From positions 1,116,001 through 1,180,000 of the forward strand of contig CATNEN010000001.1 of the NCBI GenBank assembly GCA_950097015.1: a stretch of DNA of 64,000 bases, written 5' to 3'. Of this stretch, positions 14,501 through 25,841 are shown piece after piece. The notes beneath the pieces are model-generated. The model saw only the letters and a list, made by a program, of their open reading frames with translations. It was not told the DNA's origin and ran no database searches. Positions within the stretch are counted from its first letter, which is position 1; each line of letters begins with the position of its first letter. Both the position numbers and the translations under genes were made by a program. The DNA is from Macrostomum hystrix (Eukaryota; Animalia; Platyhelminthes).

Positions 14501-17500
14501 CAAAGTTTAAAAAATGGATTTCGAAGAAATATGATTTCAAAAAACAGGATTTCGAAAAAACGAGACGTCAAAGAATTTTCTTTTAAAAGAAATGTGACTT
14601 CAAAGAAATTTGATTCGAAGAAATGGGATTTCGAAGAAACTGGATTTCTAAGAAACTGGATTTCTAACATATATCAAAAAATGGGATTTTGAAGAAATGG
14701 GATTTCGAAAAAATTTGATTTCTAAGAAGTTTGATTTCTAAGAAATTAGATTTCTATGAAATCAGAAATATAAAATAAAAAAAAAACTCCTTTTTTTAAT
14801 TTTTTAAAGAAAAACATAAAGAAAAGATTTCTTAGAAAAATATTAAAAACGTTTTTCTTCCAAAAAATAGTTCTTTACAGAGCTTTCAACTTTATTTACA
14901 CATCTGGCTGGACTGAACCAAAAAGTTTTTGTTTGCTTGATTGAGGTTCTATGATTTGCTCATAAATGCTTAAATGAAGTGAGTTTAAACAAAATTTAAA
15001 AAACATTTTAGTGCCGATGGCAACTACGTAGTGACCCTGATGACCAAGGTGACGGTAAAACACGACGGTCGCATCACCTGGGAACCGCCGGCAATTTTCA
15101 AATCTTCCTGCCAGATCGATGTCGAATTCTTTCCATTCGACGAGCAGTTGTGCACGATGAAGTTCGGAGTCTGGACTCACGACGGTCTCGCCGTGGACCT
15201 TCAGCATCTTCAACAGTTTGGCTCCAGACAGTCGAGCTTGGAAAAATTCTTTGCCAAGCGTGGCATCGAGCTGGAGAACTACTACGAAAGCGTTGAATGG
15301 GATGTCACAGATGTGCCCGTGCAGAAGAACATCAGAGTTTATCCCTGCTGCCCGGAACCTTACCCGGATCTGACCTTCACCATCAGGTCTGGACTATCAA
15401 TCTCATTTGTCTCACGCCTTTGGACTTGGCTTGCAGTTATCAATCTCACTGTCTCAAGCTCTTTCTCATCAATCTCACTGTCTCAAGCTCTTTCTCATCA
15501 ATCTCACTGTCTCAAGCTCTTTCTCATCAATCTCACTGTCTCAAGCTCTTTCTCATCAATCTTACTGTCTCAAGCTCTTTCTCATCAATCTCACTGTCTA
15601 AAGCTCTTTCTCATCAATCTCATTGTCTCAAGCTCTTTCTCATCAATCTCACTGTCTAAAGCTCTTTCTCATCAATCTCACTGTCTCAAGCTCTTTCTCA
15701 TCAATCTCATTGTCTAAAGCTCTTTCTCATAAATCTCACTGTCTCAAGCTCTTTCTCATCAATCTCATTGTCTAAAGCTCTTTCTCATCAATCTCATTGT
15801 CTAAAGCTCTTTCTCATCAATCTCATTGTCTAAAGCTCTTTCTCATCAATCTCACTGTCTCAAGCTCTTTCTCATCAATCTCACTGTCTCAAGCTCTTTC
15901 TCATCAATCTCACTTTCCCAAACTCTATTTATCAATCTCACTGACTCAAACTCAATTTTTGATGCAATGATTTCGCTGGCAAATCAATTTCCATTAATCA
16001 AATTTCAGAATTCAGCGTAAAACTCTATTTTACACCGTGAACCTCATTGTACCCTGCGTGGCCATTTCATTTCTGACAACTTTCGTCTTTTATCTGCCCT
16101 CGGACAGTGGAGAAAAGATCACGCTCAGCGTTTCAATTCTACTCGCCTTGACTGTGTTTTTCCTACTGCTAGCTGAGATCATACCGCCAACTAGTCTGGT
16201 GGTACCGCTGATTGGAAAATACCTGCTATTCACCATGATCCTAGTTACTCTGTCTATTGTTGTCACCGTGATCGTGCTGAATGTGCACTTCTGCGATCCA
16301 ATGACCAATCAGATGAGTCCGTGGGTTCGACGCCTGTTTCTCACCGTGCTGCCCAGGGTGCTGTTCATGCAGAAGCCAGCGCAGAGGGCAAACGCCAAGG
16401 AGGTGAGTGAGTGAGTGAGTGAGTGAGTGAGTGAGTGAGTGAGTGAGCGAGTGAGTGAGTGAGTGAGTGAGTGAGTGAGTGAGTGAGTGAGTGAGTGAGT
16501 GAGTGAGTGAGTGAGTGAGTGAGTGAGTGAGTGAGTGAGTGAGTGAGTGAGTGAGTGAGTGAGTGAGTGAGTGAGTGAGTGAGTGAGTTAGTGAATTAGT
16601 GACAACCTGAGTGACCATACTAGTGTGCATGTTGAATTTTATTTAGCCTGTTAATTATATGCTTTAAATAAATAAATTTCTAAGTTTCAGTGACAGTTCT
16701 AGATAATATTATTGGAATATCAGCAGAAACGATATATGAATCATTTCGCTAGTAAACCAGGATTTTAAACGAAACTGAAATTTTCTGACCATTCTGACGT
16801 AGAAAACAGGAAGTGAGCTTGTCAAGTTTAATCGTATGCTAGTACAATTTATCATTTCCAATTCCTGTCTGGACGAAACGCTGGCCTAAAGACAACTGAT
16901 CCGAATACTACAAATAATACTCGTATGTTCGGGCCAACCGCCCAGAATCTAATGAAAGTTTTACAAGTTCGTTTCGTACTTCCAAAGGGCGATAAATCTT
17001 ACTTGCAGTAGTGCGAAAATTTTTCAACTAATCACTTTTGAACAAAACTCGAGACAAGAACCGTAGTAAAAGAAACGTAGCAAGTAAAATATAAGAACGA
17101 CAGAACCGTCAACCAATCAATCATACAATTTGTCAACCAACTGATCAAAACTGCAATCGATCAATCAATCGATCGAAAATTTAGTTAATCTGTCAGCCAA
17201 CCAACCAACCAACCAACCAACCAACCAACCAACCAACCAACCAACCAACCAACCAACCAACCAATCAACCAACCAACCAAACAACCAACCAACCAACCAA
17301 CCAACCAACCAACCAACCAACCAACCAACCAATCAACCAACCAACCAAACAACCAACCAACCAACCAACCAACCAACCAACCAACCAACCAACCAACCAA
17401 CCAACCAACCAATCAACCAACCAACCAAACAACCAACCAACCAACCAACCAACCAACCAACCAATCAACCAACCAACCAAACAACCAACCAACCAACCAA

Positions 17501-18830
17501 CCAACCAACCAACCAACCAACCAACCAACCAATCAACCAACCAACCAACCAATCAACCAACCAACCAACGAACCAACCAACAAACAATTTTCAGCGTTAC
17601 AAAAACGTATCTTCTGCTGAGGCGGCTTACAGAGAAAAGTTTCAAACGTTTCATCACAGGAATCAGCAAGAAAACTATTTTGGTGAACACTCCGAGACCA
17701 TCATCAGCAATTCAGCAGCCCTAGCAACCGATCCCCTTCTAACTGGTCGTGACATTCAGCAGACACCAACAAACAAATTGCGATTCGAAATATTTCACGC
17801 ACTCGAAGGCGTTGAATATATCACTGAGCACATTAAATTTGAGGACTTTAAGCTTACCGTAAGTGACAATGCCTTGTGATGATTCTTAAATAACGAAATG
17901 TTTTCCTGCTCAAACTCGCACCAAGATGAGGCCACATTAATTTGAGGCGCAGGAGAGAAGGCTTGGTGGCTTGTTAGTACAATTTACACCCATGTGGGCC
18001 AACCCCAAAGGTACAAGTGACAGTGTACACTGCCTGATGATGTACAAGTCCAAGCCAAGGTTCTTGACACCTGTGCTAATAATGCTCAGTAGTCAGCTGA
18101 ATAGGCTTAACAACATTAATTAATTAACAACAAATTATTAATGATTTACACAATTTTTTCTAAAACTTAAACAGTTGCAGCAGGAGTGGCACTACGTTGC
18201 CATGGTAATGGATCGGATTTTCTTGATTATATTCAGCGTCGCCGTACTTCTTGGTAAGTGAGAACTGTTTTTTATCTTGCCAAAATTTTGTATTTCTTAG
18301 TAAAGAAAGTAAAAAATAAAAACGAGCTAAAAAATCTTTTGTTTGATCAATAAATCGATTGATTACTTATTGGGTCGATAAATTGCAACCAATATGTCAA
18401 TCTATCAATGAGTCAATCTATCAATGAGTCAATCTATCAATGAGTCAATCTATCAATGAGTCAATCTATCAATGAGTCAATCTATCAATGAGTCAATCTA
18501 TCAATGAGTCAATCTATCAATGAGTCAATCTATCAATGAGTCAATCTATCAATGAGTCAATCTACCAATGAGTCAATCTATCAATAAGTCAATATTTCAA
18601 TGAGTCCAACTATCAATAAGTCAATCAATCAATGAGTCAATCAATCAATGAGTCATCATCGCAGGGTCTATAAAGTCCATCAATAAACTATGCAATTCAT
18701 CAACCGCTGCGTTGCAGGCACCATGGGGATCATCTTTCAGGCACCGAATCTGTTTCACAGTCATCCAGCGGTGCCGCTCCGTCCACCTCAGGATCTGGCG
18801 TTGAGCAGTACAAATACAACGGATTTCTAA
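5517..18830 (+). CDS. Nicotinic acetylcholine receptor alpha subunit (Cys-loop cation channel), multi-exon; signal-peptide exon not identified
   Basis: Exons with GT/AG ends and consistent phases: 5517-5674 (..[13 protein letters not shown]), 7672-7716 ([15 protein letters not shown]), 10980-11089 (..[11 protein letters not shown]), 15012-15386 (Cys loop [15 protein letters not shown]; loop C YPCCPEPY with vicinal Cys = alpha), 16009-16402 (M1-M3, [11 protein letters not shown] = cation-type GEK), 17595-17858 (intracellular loop), 18175-18253 ([15 protein letters not shown]4), 18718-18830 (TAA). Confidence 0.95.
5920..7610. repeat. 16-bp purine-rich minisatellite in an nAChR intron
   Basis: Unit AGACAGGGGAGAGATG with variants; explains the three overlapping 500-600 aa minus-strand ORFs. 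Confidence 0.95.
8391..8493 (-). mobile_element. 3' fragment of tRNA-derived SINE (family A)
   Basis: GGCAATTCTGCCCATT..CTGACTC..GAGCACAC..GTGTGTACA.CTGCCCTGACTTTCTCA matches 49072-49145. Confidence 0.65.
8620..9670. repeat. 13-bp minisatellite with about 230-260 bp higher-order blocks
   Basis: Unit CAGACACCCAGAA; variant ACATCTAGAACATACATCTAG recurs near 8840, 9100 and 9330. Confidence 0.95.
9948..9973. repeat. (CAG)n microsatellite
   Basis: About 9 CAG units, intronic. Confidence 0.85.
10054..10860. repeat. 16-bp minisatellite
   Basis: Unit CTAAACTGCACATTCC, about 50 copies, ending about 120 bp before the nAChR exon at 10980. Confidence 0.95.
11525..13665. repeat. Compound 20-bp minisatellite with two related unit types
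   Basis: TTCAGGTTAGATTAGAATCC (11525 to about 12200) grades into CTGAGGGATAGACTAGAATC (about 12230-13650), then returns to a type-1-like unit. Confidence 0.95.
15437..15935. repeat. 29-bp minisatellite
   Basis: Unit TCAATCTCACTGTCTCAAGCTCTTTCTCA, in the intron between the loop-C exon and the M1 exon. Confidence 0.95.
16403..16588 (+). repeat. (GTGA)n microsatellite starting at the 5' splice site
   Basis: The array begins exactly at the donor GAG|GTGAGT. Confidence 0.95.
17198..17581. repeat. (AACC)n microsatellite
   Basis: Ends about 12 nt before the acceptor at 17594. Confidence 0.95.
17928..18045 (+). mobile_element. SINE family A fragment
   Basis: GAGGCCACATT..GAGAAGGCTTG..AATTTACACCC..GTGTACACTGCCTGA is the reverse-complement homologue of 49148-49262. 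Confidence 0.6.
18395..18655. repeat. 16-bp minisatellite
   Basis: Unit TCAATCTATCAATGAG in the last nAChR intron. Confidence 0.9.
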
Positions 18831-18930
18831 AGCTTTTTTCCAGCTCATTGACTCTTATTTCTCGAGTTCCGTGTTATGACACATTTAATAAGTAACATAC
18901 ATGTTACATACATGTATGTAACATGTATGT

Positions 18931-19430
18931 ATTTAGCGGAATCCTGGTTCACCAAAGTCCCAATTTAGTGGAATCCTGGTTCACCAAAGTCCCAATTTAG
19001 TGGAATCCTGGTTCACCAAAGTCCCAATTTAGTGGAATCCTGGTTCACCAAAGTCACAATTTAGTGGAATCCTGGTTCACCAAAGTCACAATTTAGCGGA
19101 ATCCTGGTTCACCAAAGTCACAATTTAGTGGAATCCTGATTCACCAAAGTCACAATTTAGTGGAATCCTGGTTCACCAAAGTCACAATTTAGCGGAATCC
19201 TGGTTCAACAAAGTCACAATTTAGTGGAATCCTGGTTCTCCAAAGTCACAATTTAGCGGAATCCTGATTCACCAAAGTCACAATTTAGTGGAATCCTGGT
19301 TCAACAAAGTCACAATTTAGTGGAATCCTGGTTCACCAAAGTCACAATTTAGTGGAATCCTGGTTCTCCAAAGTCACAATTTAGTGGAATCCTGGTTCAC
19401 CAAAGTCACAATTTAGCGGAATCCTGATTC
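18931..19430. repeat. 32-bp minisatellite just 3' of the nAChR stop
   Basis: Unit ATTTAGTGGAATCCTGGTTCACCAAAGTCACA, about 15 copies. Confidence 0.95.
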
Positions 19431-19948
19431 AATAAAATTCTTACGTATTAAGTGAAATACCAACTTACGAAAAACCGCTTCTAAACGTGTCATAAATGAA
19501 TATGTTTAAAGTATTGAAACTATTTTTAGGCGAAGAATTGTCGGATTCTGTTGCTGAATTTATTTATTTTTTTAAAATTCTCATATTATATATTTATCAA
19601 ATAAATTAGTTGAAGTACAAGGGCATCCTATGAGTCATAATTGTCTAATATGCTATACTAGCTGTGATTTGCTCAATACTAAACTGTGTTCGAAATTTGT
19701 TATAGTGCTAATTAAATTCAAAAAAAATAAACACCAACAAAGAAAACTTTTCAACTTTTCTGCATAGTTTTATACCCTGTCTATTTTTCCAATAGATAAT
19801 TGTTATGCTGAGTCATTTTTTTACCAACTTCGCTTCCTAGAATGTGTATAGTATCCTCCAAGTGAACAATAAAATGAAATTATTTAATTATTTGCAAGAA
19901 TATTGTGTACATGTAAATGAATTGTTTCTGTGTTCATTATCTTCTCTG

Positions 19949-20400
19949 AGATCCCCGATCTCAGATCCCCGATCCCAGATCCCCGATCCCAGATCCCCGA
20001 TCCCAGATCTCAGATCCCAGATCTCAGATCCCCGATCCCAGATCTAAGATCCCAGATCTAAGATCCCAGATCTAAGATCCCAGATCTAAGATCCCAGATC
20101 TAAGATCCCAGATCTAAGATCCCAGATCTAAGATCCCAGATCTAAGATCCCAGATCTAAGATCCCAGATCTAAGATCCCAGATCTAAGATCCCAGATCTA
20201 AGATCCCAGATCTAAGATCCCAGATCTAAGATCCCAGATCTAAGATCCCAGATCCCAGATCTAAGATTCCTGATCCCAGATCTAAGATCCCAGATCTAAA
20301 ATCCCATATCTCAGATCCCAGATCTAAGATCCCAGATCTAAAATCCCAGATCCCCGATCCCAGATCCCCGATCCCAGATCTCAGATCCCAGATCTCAGAT
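19949..20400. repeat. 7/14-bp GATC-containing tandem array (left copy)
   Basis: GATCCCA alternating with GATCCCC or GATCTAA. Confidence 0.95.
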
Positions 20401-20959
20401 AACGAATCGTATAAACGCCATAGATCACGCATCCGTAATCATAGTAATATATCCCAGATGACCTTATCGCAATAGTTTTTTTCAGTTTTACAATGAAGGA
20501 AAAATATTCAACAATGAAAGTACCTCAACTAGTGGAGACAGTTATTTTAATTTATACTTTTAATTTAATAAAACAACAAAAGCGCAAGACATTGTATCGG
20601 AAAGGGGCAAATAGAAAACTATTATATGCAAAAACAAGTGTGATTTTTTAGTTAATATGAAAATAGTATTTCGCATCTTTTTTAATTCTCTCATATTTAT
20701 AGGAAATATGTCAACGTACCTATGACGCGTATATTTTATAGTGTTACTTTAAGTTTGCTTTTGGATAAACTATTTTTTAGCACAGGTCGACACAGTCCAA
20801 ATAAGAAGAGCATGAGGTGTACTTATATCAATGCCGATTTTTAATTACGAGTATAATAACAATTTTGTAACTAAAACAGTATCAAACTCAAGCATGTGTT
20901 AGAAGTCCTGATCCAAATTATAATGAGTTCGCCCTATGATATGAGATGTTGGCATTATT

Positions 20960-21235
20960 TCACTCGCTTGCCAGGCTTGTCCATCGATTGTCGTCGGTGA
21001 GGTACCATTTATTTTCGCAGAAGAAACTGGCGTCGTCCATATAAGGTACATCGTATTTCACCAATAGCTTGGGATCTACTTTGCTAGGAGTTACAGAGTC
21101 CGGGAACTTGTGATCGTCGTTAACAACGCTGTAAGGAATGTTTCTGTCTTTCTTTAACAGAAGTTTTTTCTGGTCATCTACCGGTAGACCGCGACGATGC
21201 TCGTGATGACCCATAGCTGTGTGAACATTTCCCAT
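20960..21235 (-). CDS. Intronless 91-aa orphan protein with possible N-myristoylation signal
   Basis: ATG in a good context (AACCATGG); MGNVHT fits MGxxx(S/T); non-repetitive, more GC-rich than its AT-rich flanks. No family recognised. Confidence 0.45.
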   Translation of the reverse strand: MGNVHTAMGHHEHRRGLPVDDQKKLLLKKDRNIPYSVVNDDHKFPDSVTPSKVDPKLLVKYDVPYMDDASFFCENKWYLTDDNRWTSLASE

Positions 21236-21745
21236 GGTTATTAAAAAGCAATGAAAAATATATTATCTTTTTATCTTATTAGATTATCTACATGCAGTCA
21301 ATGACGCTATCAAACTATCCTATCGTTTATATCATAGTTAGGCCTTGACTTGAACTCTGAGAATATTTTGCCATAGACAACAGCAGCAGAGCTAGAAAAA
21401 AACCATGGATATCTATATCTAGCATCAATCGATATAGACATGATCATTTTTGCATGGAGTGGATTGATGCTATATATAGAGGTCCATGGAAAAAACACAA
21501 ACGCATTCTGAAACGGCTTTTTTAGTCCACTTGCCCCAATTGATTGTGCGGCGCATCGCCAACCGCATATCAAGGCTACTTAGGACTGTTCAGTCCATGG
21601 ACTGGGGAGGAAGCCTAACCGACCCTCTAATTTACCCCTGAATTTTCCCAGCTAAAACTACTTCATGTACAAAGACCACAAAAACCAAAAACTAAATGTT
21701 AAGTACAAGTCAAGCTGAATAATTTTTTATTGTTACATTTCTGCC

Positions 21746-22690
21746 TCAGATCCCCGATCCCCGATCCCAGATCCCCGATCCCAGATCCCCGATCCCAGAT
21801 CCCCGATCCCAGATCCCCGATCCCAGATCCCCGATCCCAGATCCCCGATCCCAGATCCCCGATCCCAGATCCCCGATCCCAGATCCCCGATCCCAGATCC
21901 CCGATCCCAGATCCCCGATCCCAGATCCCCGATCCCAGATCCCCGATCCCAGATCCCCGATCCCAGATCCCCGATCCCAGATCCCCGATCCCAGATCCCC
22001 GATCCCAGATCCCCGATCCCAGATCCCCGATCCCAGATCCCCGATCCCAGATCCCCGATCCCAGATCCCCGATCCCAGATCCCCGATCCCCGATCCCAGA
22101 TCCCCGATCCCAGATCCCCGATCCCAGATCCCCGATCCCAGATCCCCGATCCCAGATCCCCGATCCCAGATCCCCGATCCCAGATCCCCGATCCCAGATC
22201 CCCGATCCCAGATCCCCGATCCCAGATCCCCGATCCCAGATCCCCGATCCCAGATCCCCGATCCCAGATCCCCGATCCCAGATCCCCGATCCCAGATCCC
22301 CGATCCCAGATCCCCGATCCCAGATCCCCGATCCCAGATCCCCGATCCCATATCCCCGATCCCAGATCCCCGATCCCAGATCCCCGATCCCAGATCCCCG
22401 ATCCCAGATCCCCGATCCCAGATCCCCGATCCCAGATCCCCGATCCCAGATCCCCGATCCCAGATCCCCGATCCCAGATCCCCGATCCCAGATCCCCGAT
22501 CCCAGATCCCCGATCCCAGATCCCCGATCCCAGATCCCCGATCCCAGATCCCCGATCCCAGATCCCCGATCCCAGATCCCCGATCCCAGATATCCGATCC
22601 CAGATCCCCGATCCCAGATCCCCGATCCCAGATCCCCGATCCCAGATCCCCGATCCCAGATCCCCGATCCCAGATCCCCGATCCCAGATC
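21746..22690. repeat. 14-bp (GATCCCC GATCCCA)n array (right copy)
   Basis: About 67 near-perfect 14-mers; source of the 321-aa and 320-aa pseudo-ORFs. Confidence 0.97.
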
Positions 22691-23163
22691 GTTAGACAAG
22701 ATTACCATTTACACAGCTGTACAACAAGAACTTATTAGGCAAGACTACCTTTTAGATAAGTTGTTATTGTTAGATAAACATGTAAATAGACAAATACAAG
22801 TCACTGCAGTGCAACAAAATTTCGAAGCACAGAGAAAGGGAAGCTTGCTTTTCAATAAATATGAAATATGAAACGTTCATTAGGAGCACAGAAAAAATTG
22901 CTCTTAATGCTCATTCTATTTTTAACTTATCGGCCAAGTCTATTTTTAGACGTGTTCCAAAAAGAAAATCCGTGGCTTTACCGCGGTTTTCCCTACACAT
23001 CAAAGTTCCCTCTTATACAGCAGTAAAACTAATATTTTAACTAATACCAATTAACTACCAAATATATTAACTAATACTAATACTATACTAATACCAACTA
23101 ATACCACCTGCCGGACAAGACTACATATCAGACGTAAAGGCCATTGAGCACAATTTCGAGAAC

Positions 23164-23880
23164 ATGCGTCCAACAGCTGCCCGCCTTGAGCATTACGCAA
23201 AGCATCTATCAGATCCTACCGTTCAGAGCAATAGTCGAGCACAACAAGGCAGTGAAGTATCTACCAAGGTGATTCTCATCAGATGCCAAGCCGTTCTCAT
23301 GTTTCTTTTTGGTGAAAATCTTCGGACTCAATGCGGTGAAATATTTGGCTTTCGATTGGCCGAACGCATCAAATCCATGCTCAACTGGTTTCCGTGCCAA
23401 TCAAAGGATAAGCAACTGGGACTGGACGCGGCAAAAACTATGTCATGCGGCTGCGGCACTCTGAAAGACACAGCGACTGATAAACTGACTCGCCTCTTCG
23501 GTTTCTGCAGCGGCAAAATTAATCAGCGAGGAACAATGAGCTTAGATGAGAAGTTTCGCGTTGGCGCGCACTTCCTTCAGACCTTCGTTAACGCCATGCC
23601 GCAGTGTGAAATCTACCAGAGAGTGGCAGAGCTGCTGACGTCGCTGCTGCTGATGCGACTCGGCGCCACCAAGGTGCCACTCTGCTTCGGTTTGCCCAAT
23701 GGAGACGGCGGCAGGTTCCAGCTAGTTAGGGCTACATCGCTTCAGTCGATTTTGGCGAGGGTCAGTCGACAGCGACCAGCGGAAGCGGTGCGTTGGCAGC
23801 AGCTAGCCAGTCAGCTGAGAGCTACATGCGAGCAAACTCGACGTCAACTGTGGGATCGGGCCGTGTGGGCAAAAAGCTAA
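23164..23880 (+). CDS. Divergent, catalytically degenerate Fic-domain paralogue (pseudo-Fic); possibly a pseudogene
   Basis: Ungapped alignment to the 25842 ORF: LTRLFGFCSGKINQRGTMSLDEKFRVGAHFLQTFVNAMPQCEIYQRVAELLTSLLLMRLGATKVPLCF vs LVSLFSECTQLIEEKSRLSREDKFYIAAYFIHRYLDLHPYRDGNGRVARPLTSWLLIRLGAISSPLFF. The shared C-terminal segment KEKLQMLIDLMMQAD follows in the +1 frame (23876-23959). Confidence 0.75.
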   Translation: MRPTAARLEHYAKHLSDPTVQSNSRAQQGSEVSTKVILIRCQAVLMFLFGENLRTQCGEIFGFRLAERIKSMLNWFPCQSKDKQLGLDAAKTMSCGCGTLKDTATDKLTRLFGFCSGKINQRGTMSLDEKFRVGAHFLQTFVNAMPQCEIYQRVAELLTSLLLMRLGATKVPLCFGLPNGDGGRFQLVRATSLQSILARVSRQRPAEAVRWQQLASQLRATCEQTRRQLWDRAVWAKS

Positions 23881-24035
23881 GGAGAAGCTCCAGATGCTCA
23901 TCGATTTAATGATGCAGGCCGATAAAGGCTCGAGCGATTTAAGTGAAAAACCGACCTAAATAATACCGAAATACCGATTTTTTCTAAAAAATCCCTGAAA
24001 TGTTTTATTCCTTCTTTCCTTCCTTTGCTAAGCCT

Positions 24036-24657
24036 AAGGTCCCTGGTGGGGATGAGAACCTTAAAGCACTGAAGGAGGTTGAGCGTGCGCGGTTCTCCGT
24101 CCGTGAGGACATTGATTCCGTTGCTCGCGCCCAAATCTCTCAGGCAAAGGTCCGTGTGCGGCAGGAGCTTTCGTTTTGCTGCCGCTCGTTGGGGGACGAA
24201 GCGCACTCCGGCATCAAGGAGACGACGGGCGGTTTTTGCCGCCTCACCGCGGATAAAAATATAAAGCGGGAGGATATTCAGGAAGGCGCTGAGGCCGTCG
24301 AAGGGGGCGGATGGCGGGGCGCTCATGATCATGCGACACGCGCGACCTTGCACTCTCCGAAGAGTCTCATGGCAGGTTTTTAGCTGCAGGGCACTAGCCC
24401 AGATCAGTCCGGCGTACGAAACAGCCGGTCTGACCATAGCAGTGTAGATCCACCATAGACGTTTGGGGGTGAGACCCCAAGTGTTGCCTACCGCCCTGCG
24501 CAGCTGCGCCAGGATCACAAAGGCCTTTTTGGCTTTAGCGTGGACATGAGGAGTCCAGCTGAGCCTGTGATCGAGCGCTATGCCCAAGCATTTAGTTTGC
24601 TTCTGGAAGGTGATGTCCTTTCCATACAGCTGGAGGGGGCGAATATGAATCCTGCCG
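24036..24657 (-). mobile_element. Truncated non-LTR retrotransposon fragment (end of RT and connector; I/R1/Loa-like)
   Basis: KCLGIALDHRLSWTPHV..KAKKA..LRRAVGNTWGLTPKRLWWIYTAMVRPAVSYAGLIW..LRRVQGRACRMI is typical of the region just C-terminal to the RT core; no YADD present. Confidence 0.85.
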
Positions 24658-25841
24658 GAACACTCGTATCTTTGATCGGTGGATTGCAGCAGACTGTCTC
24701 GGACGTGCGACACGTCGACTTCTTTCGATGAAATCGATTTGTCTGTTGTCAGTTTTGCTTTTAGTGTTTGATTGTCTATGTTCCAAACTATGTTCCGAAT
24801 AATCTACCGGAAAAAAGCCTTTGAAAGTAGTATAATTTACTTTAACTACTGCTGCCTACCCTCGTAAATCACACCATGATTGTCGTTGCTTGTTATTATG
24901 GACAATTTAGTATCCTGTCTCCCCTAGTGCCACTCCCTGACAATAGACACTTTGCTTTGAAAGCTCCTTTACATAAATAAGAAGTGCATTTAAGAGCGAT
25001 CTTTTCACTTAATATAGTTTAAGTGAAATTCAGACCCAATATTTTATATCCAAAATACTTTAGTATACGTTTTCATCAATCGACATCAATCGATTGATTT
25101 CTGTTGACATTCTGTTGATCGAAATGTTTAATCGAAAACAGATGCACCAACATAAGAGCCTAATTCAATAAGGTGGCGAGCATTGACCGGTGAGTTATTG
25201 TTTTGAATTAGAGTACAGTCCTACATGCAACCATTGCATCGTATTGAGGTTCATGCAGTATAAAATCTTATTGTAAACATCTCTTTCCCGATAGAAAATG
25301 AAATACTTCCGAGGGATCATTTGCGAATTTCATATCAATAAATCGAGGGTTGGAACAATTTTTACAGAAAATGGCAAAGTCCACTTAAGTAGAAAGGCAA
25401 TATATATTACTGTATTGTACGAGCGTACTGCGTCTACGAGCGTATAAACATGTACAGATCGTGGCAGTCACCTTACATCGCACAATACTATATTTATGGG
25501 GCAGACAACATAAAGATGCATTCAGCATTCTCAAAAGTGTTTACTGCACACGTGTAAAATAGTGATAAAATGCCTATTTTTGGCTCAAGGTTGAGCCATG
25601 GATTTCCCGTGGAATATTTAACTGCCGCTAAATTTGCCTATTCGCATTGCAAGAATTCCAAGGCCAGTCCCTGGGACTGCCCCGGGAATGCAGCAGAAAG
25701 TTTACCGGTTTTTCCGTGGTTCTCCCAAAGATTTCCCAAGCTTCAACTATAAAGAGACATCGCTTTTAACTCGTTTTCAAGCGATCGGATATTTGTTTTG
25801 AAAATCTCTAAAGCCTCTAAAGATTTGTTGGACGATTTAAA

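Noticed and set aside
21587-21607. Palindrome CAGTCCATGGACTG shared with 28634-28647, as a possible island boundary or operator
   Set aside because: The second copy sits at the 3' end of a SINE-like element, so both are more simply SINE tails.
21730-22708. 321-aa and 320-aa (SPIPDPR)n / (GSGIWD)n ORFs
   Set aside because: Artefact of the 14-bp tandem array; no unique domain.
24658-24731. LIGGLQQT after the LINE fragment, resembling YIDGLHQT of the Fic C-terminus
   Set aside because: The match is too short to call a fourth Fic remnant without an alignment statistic.
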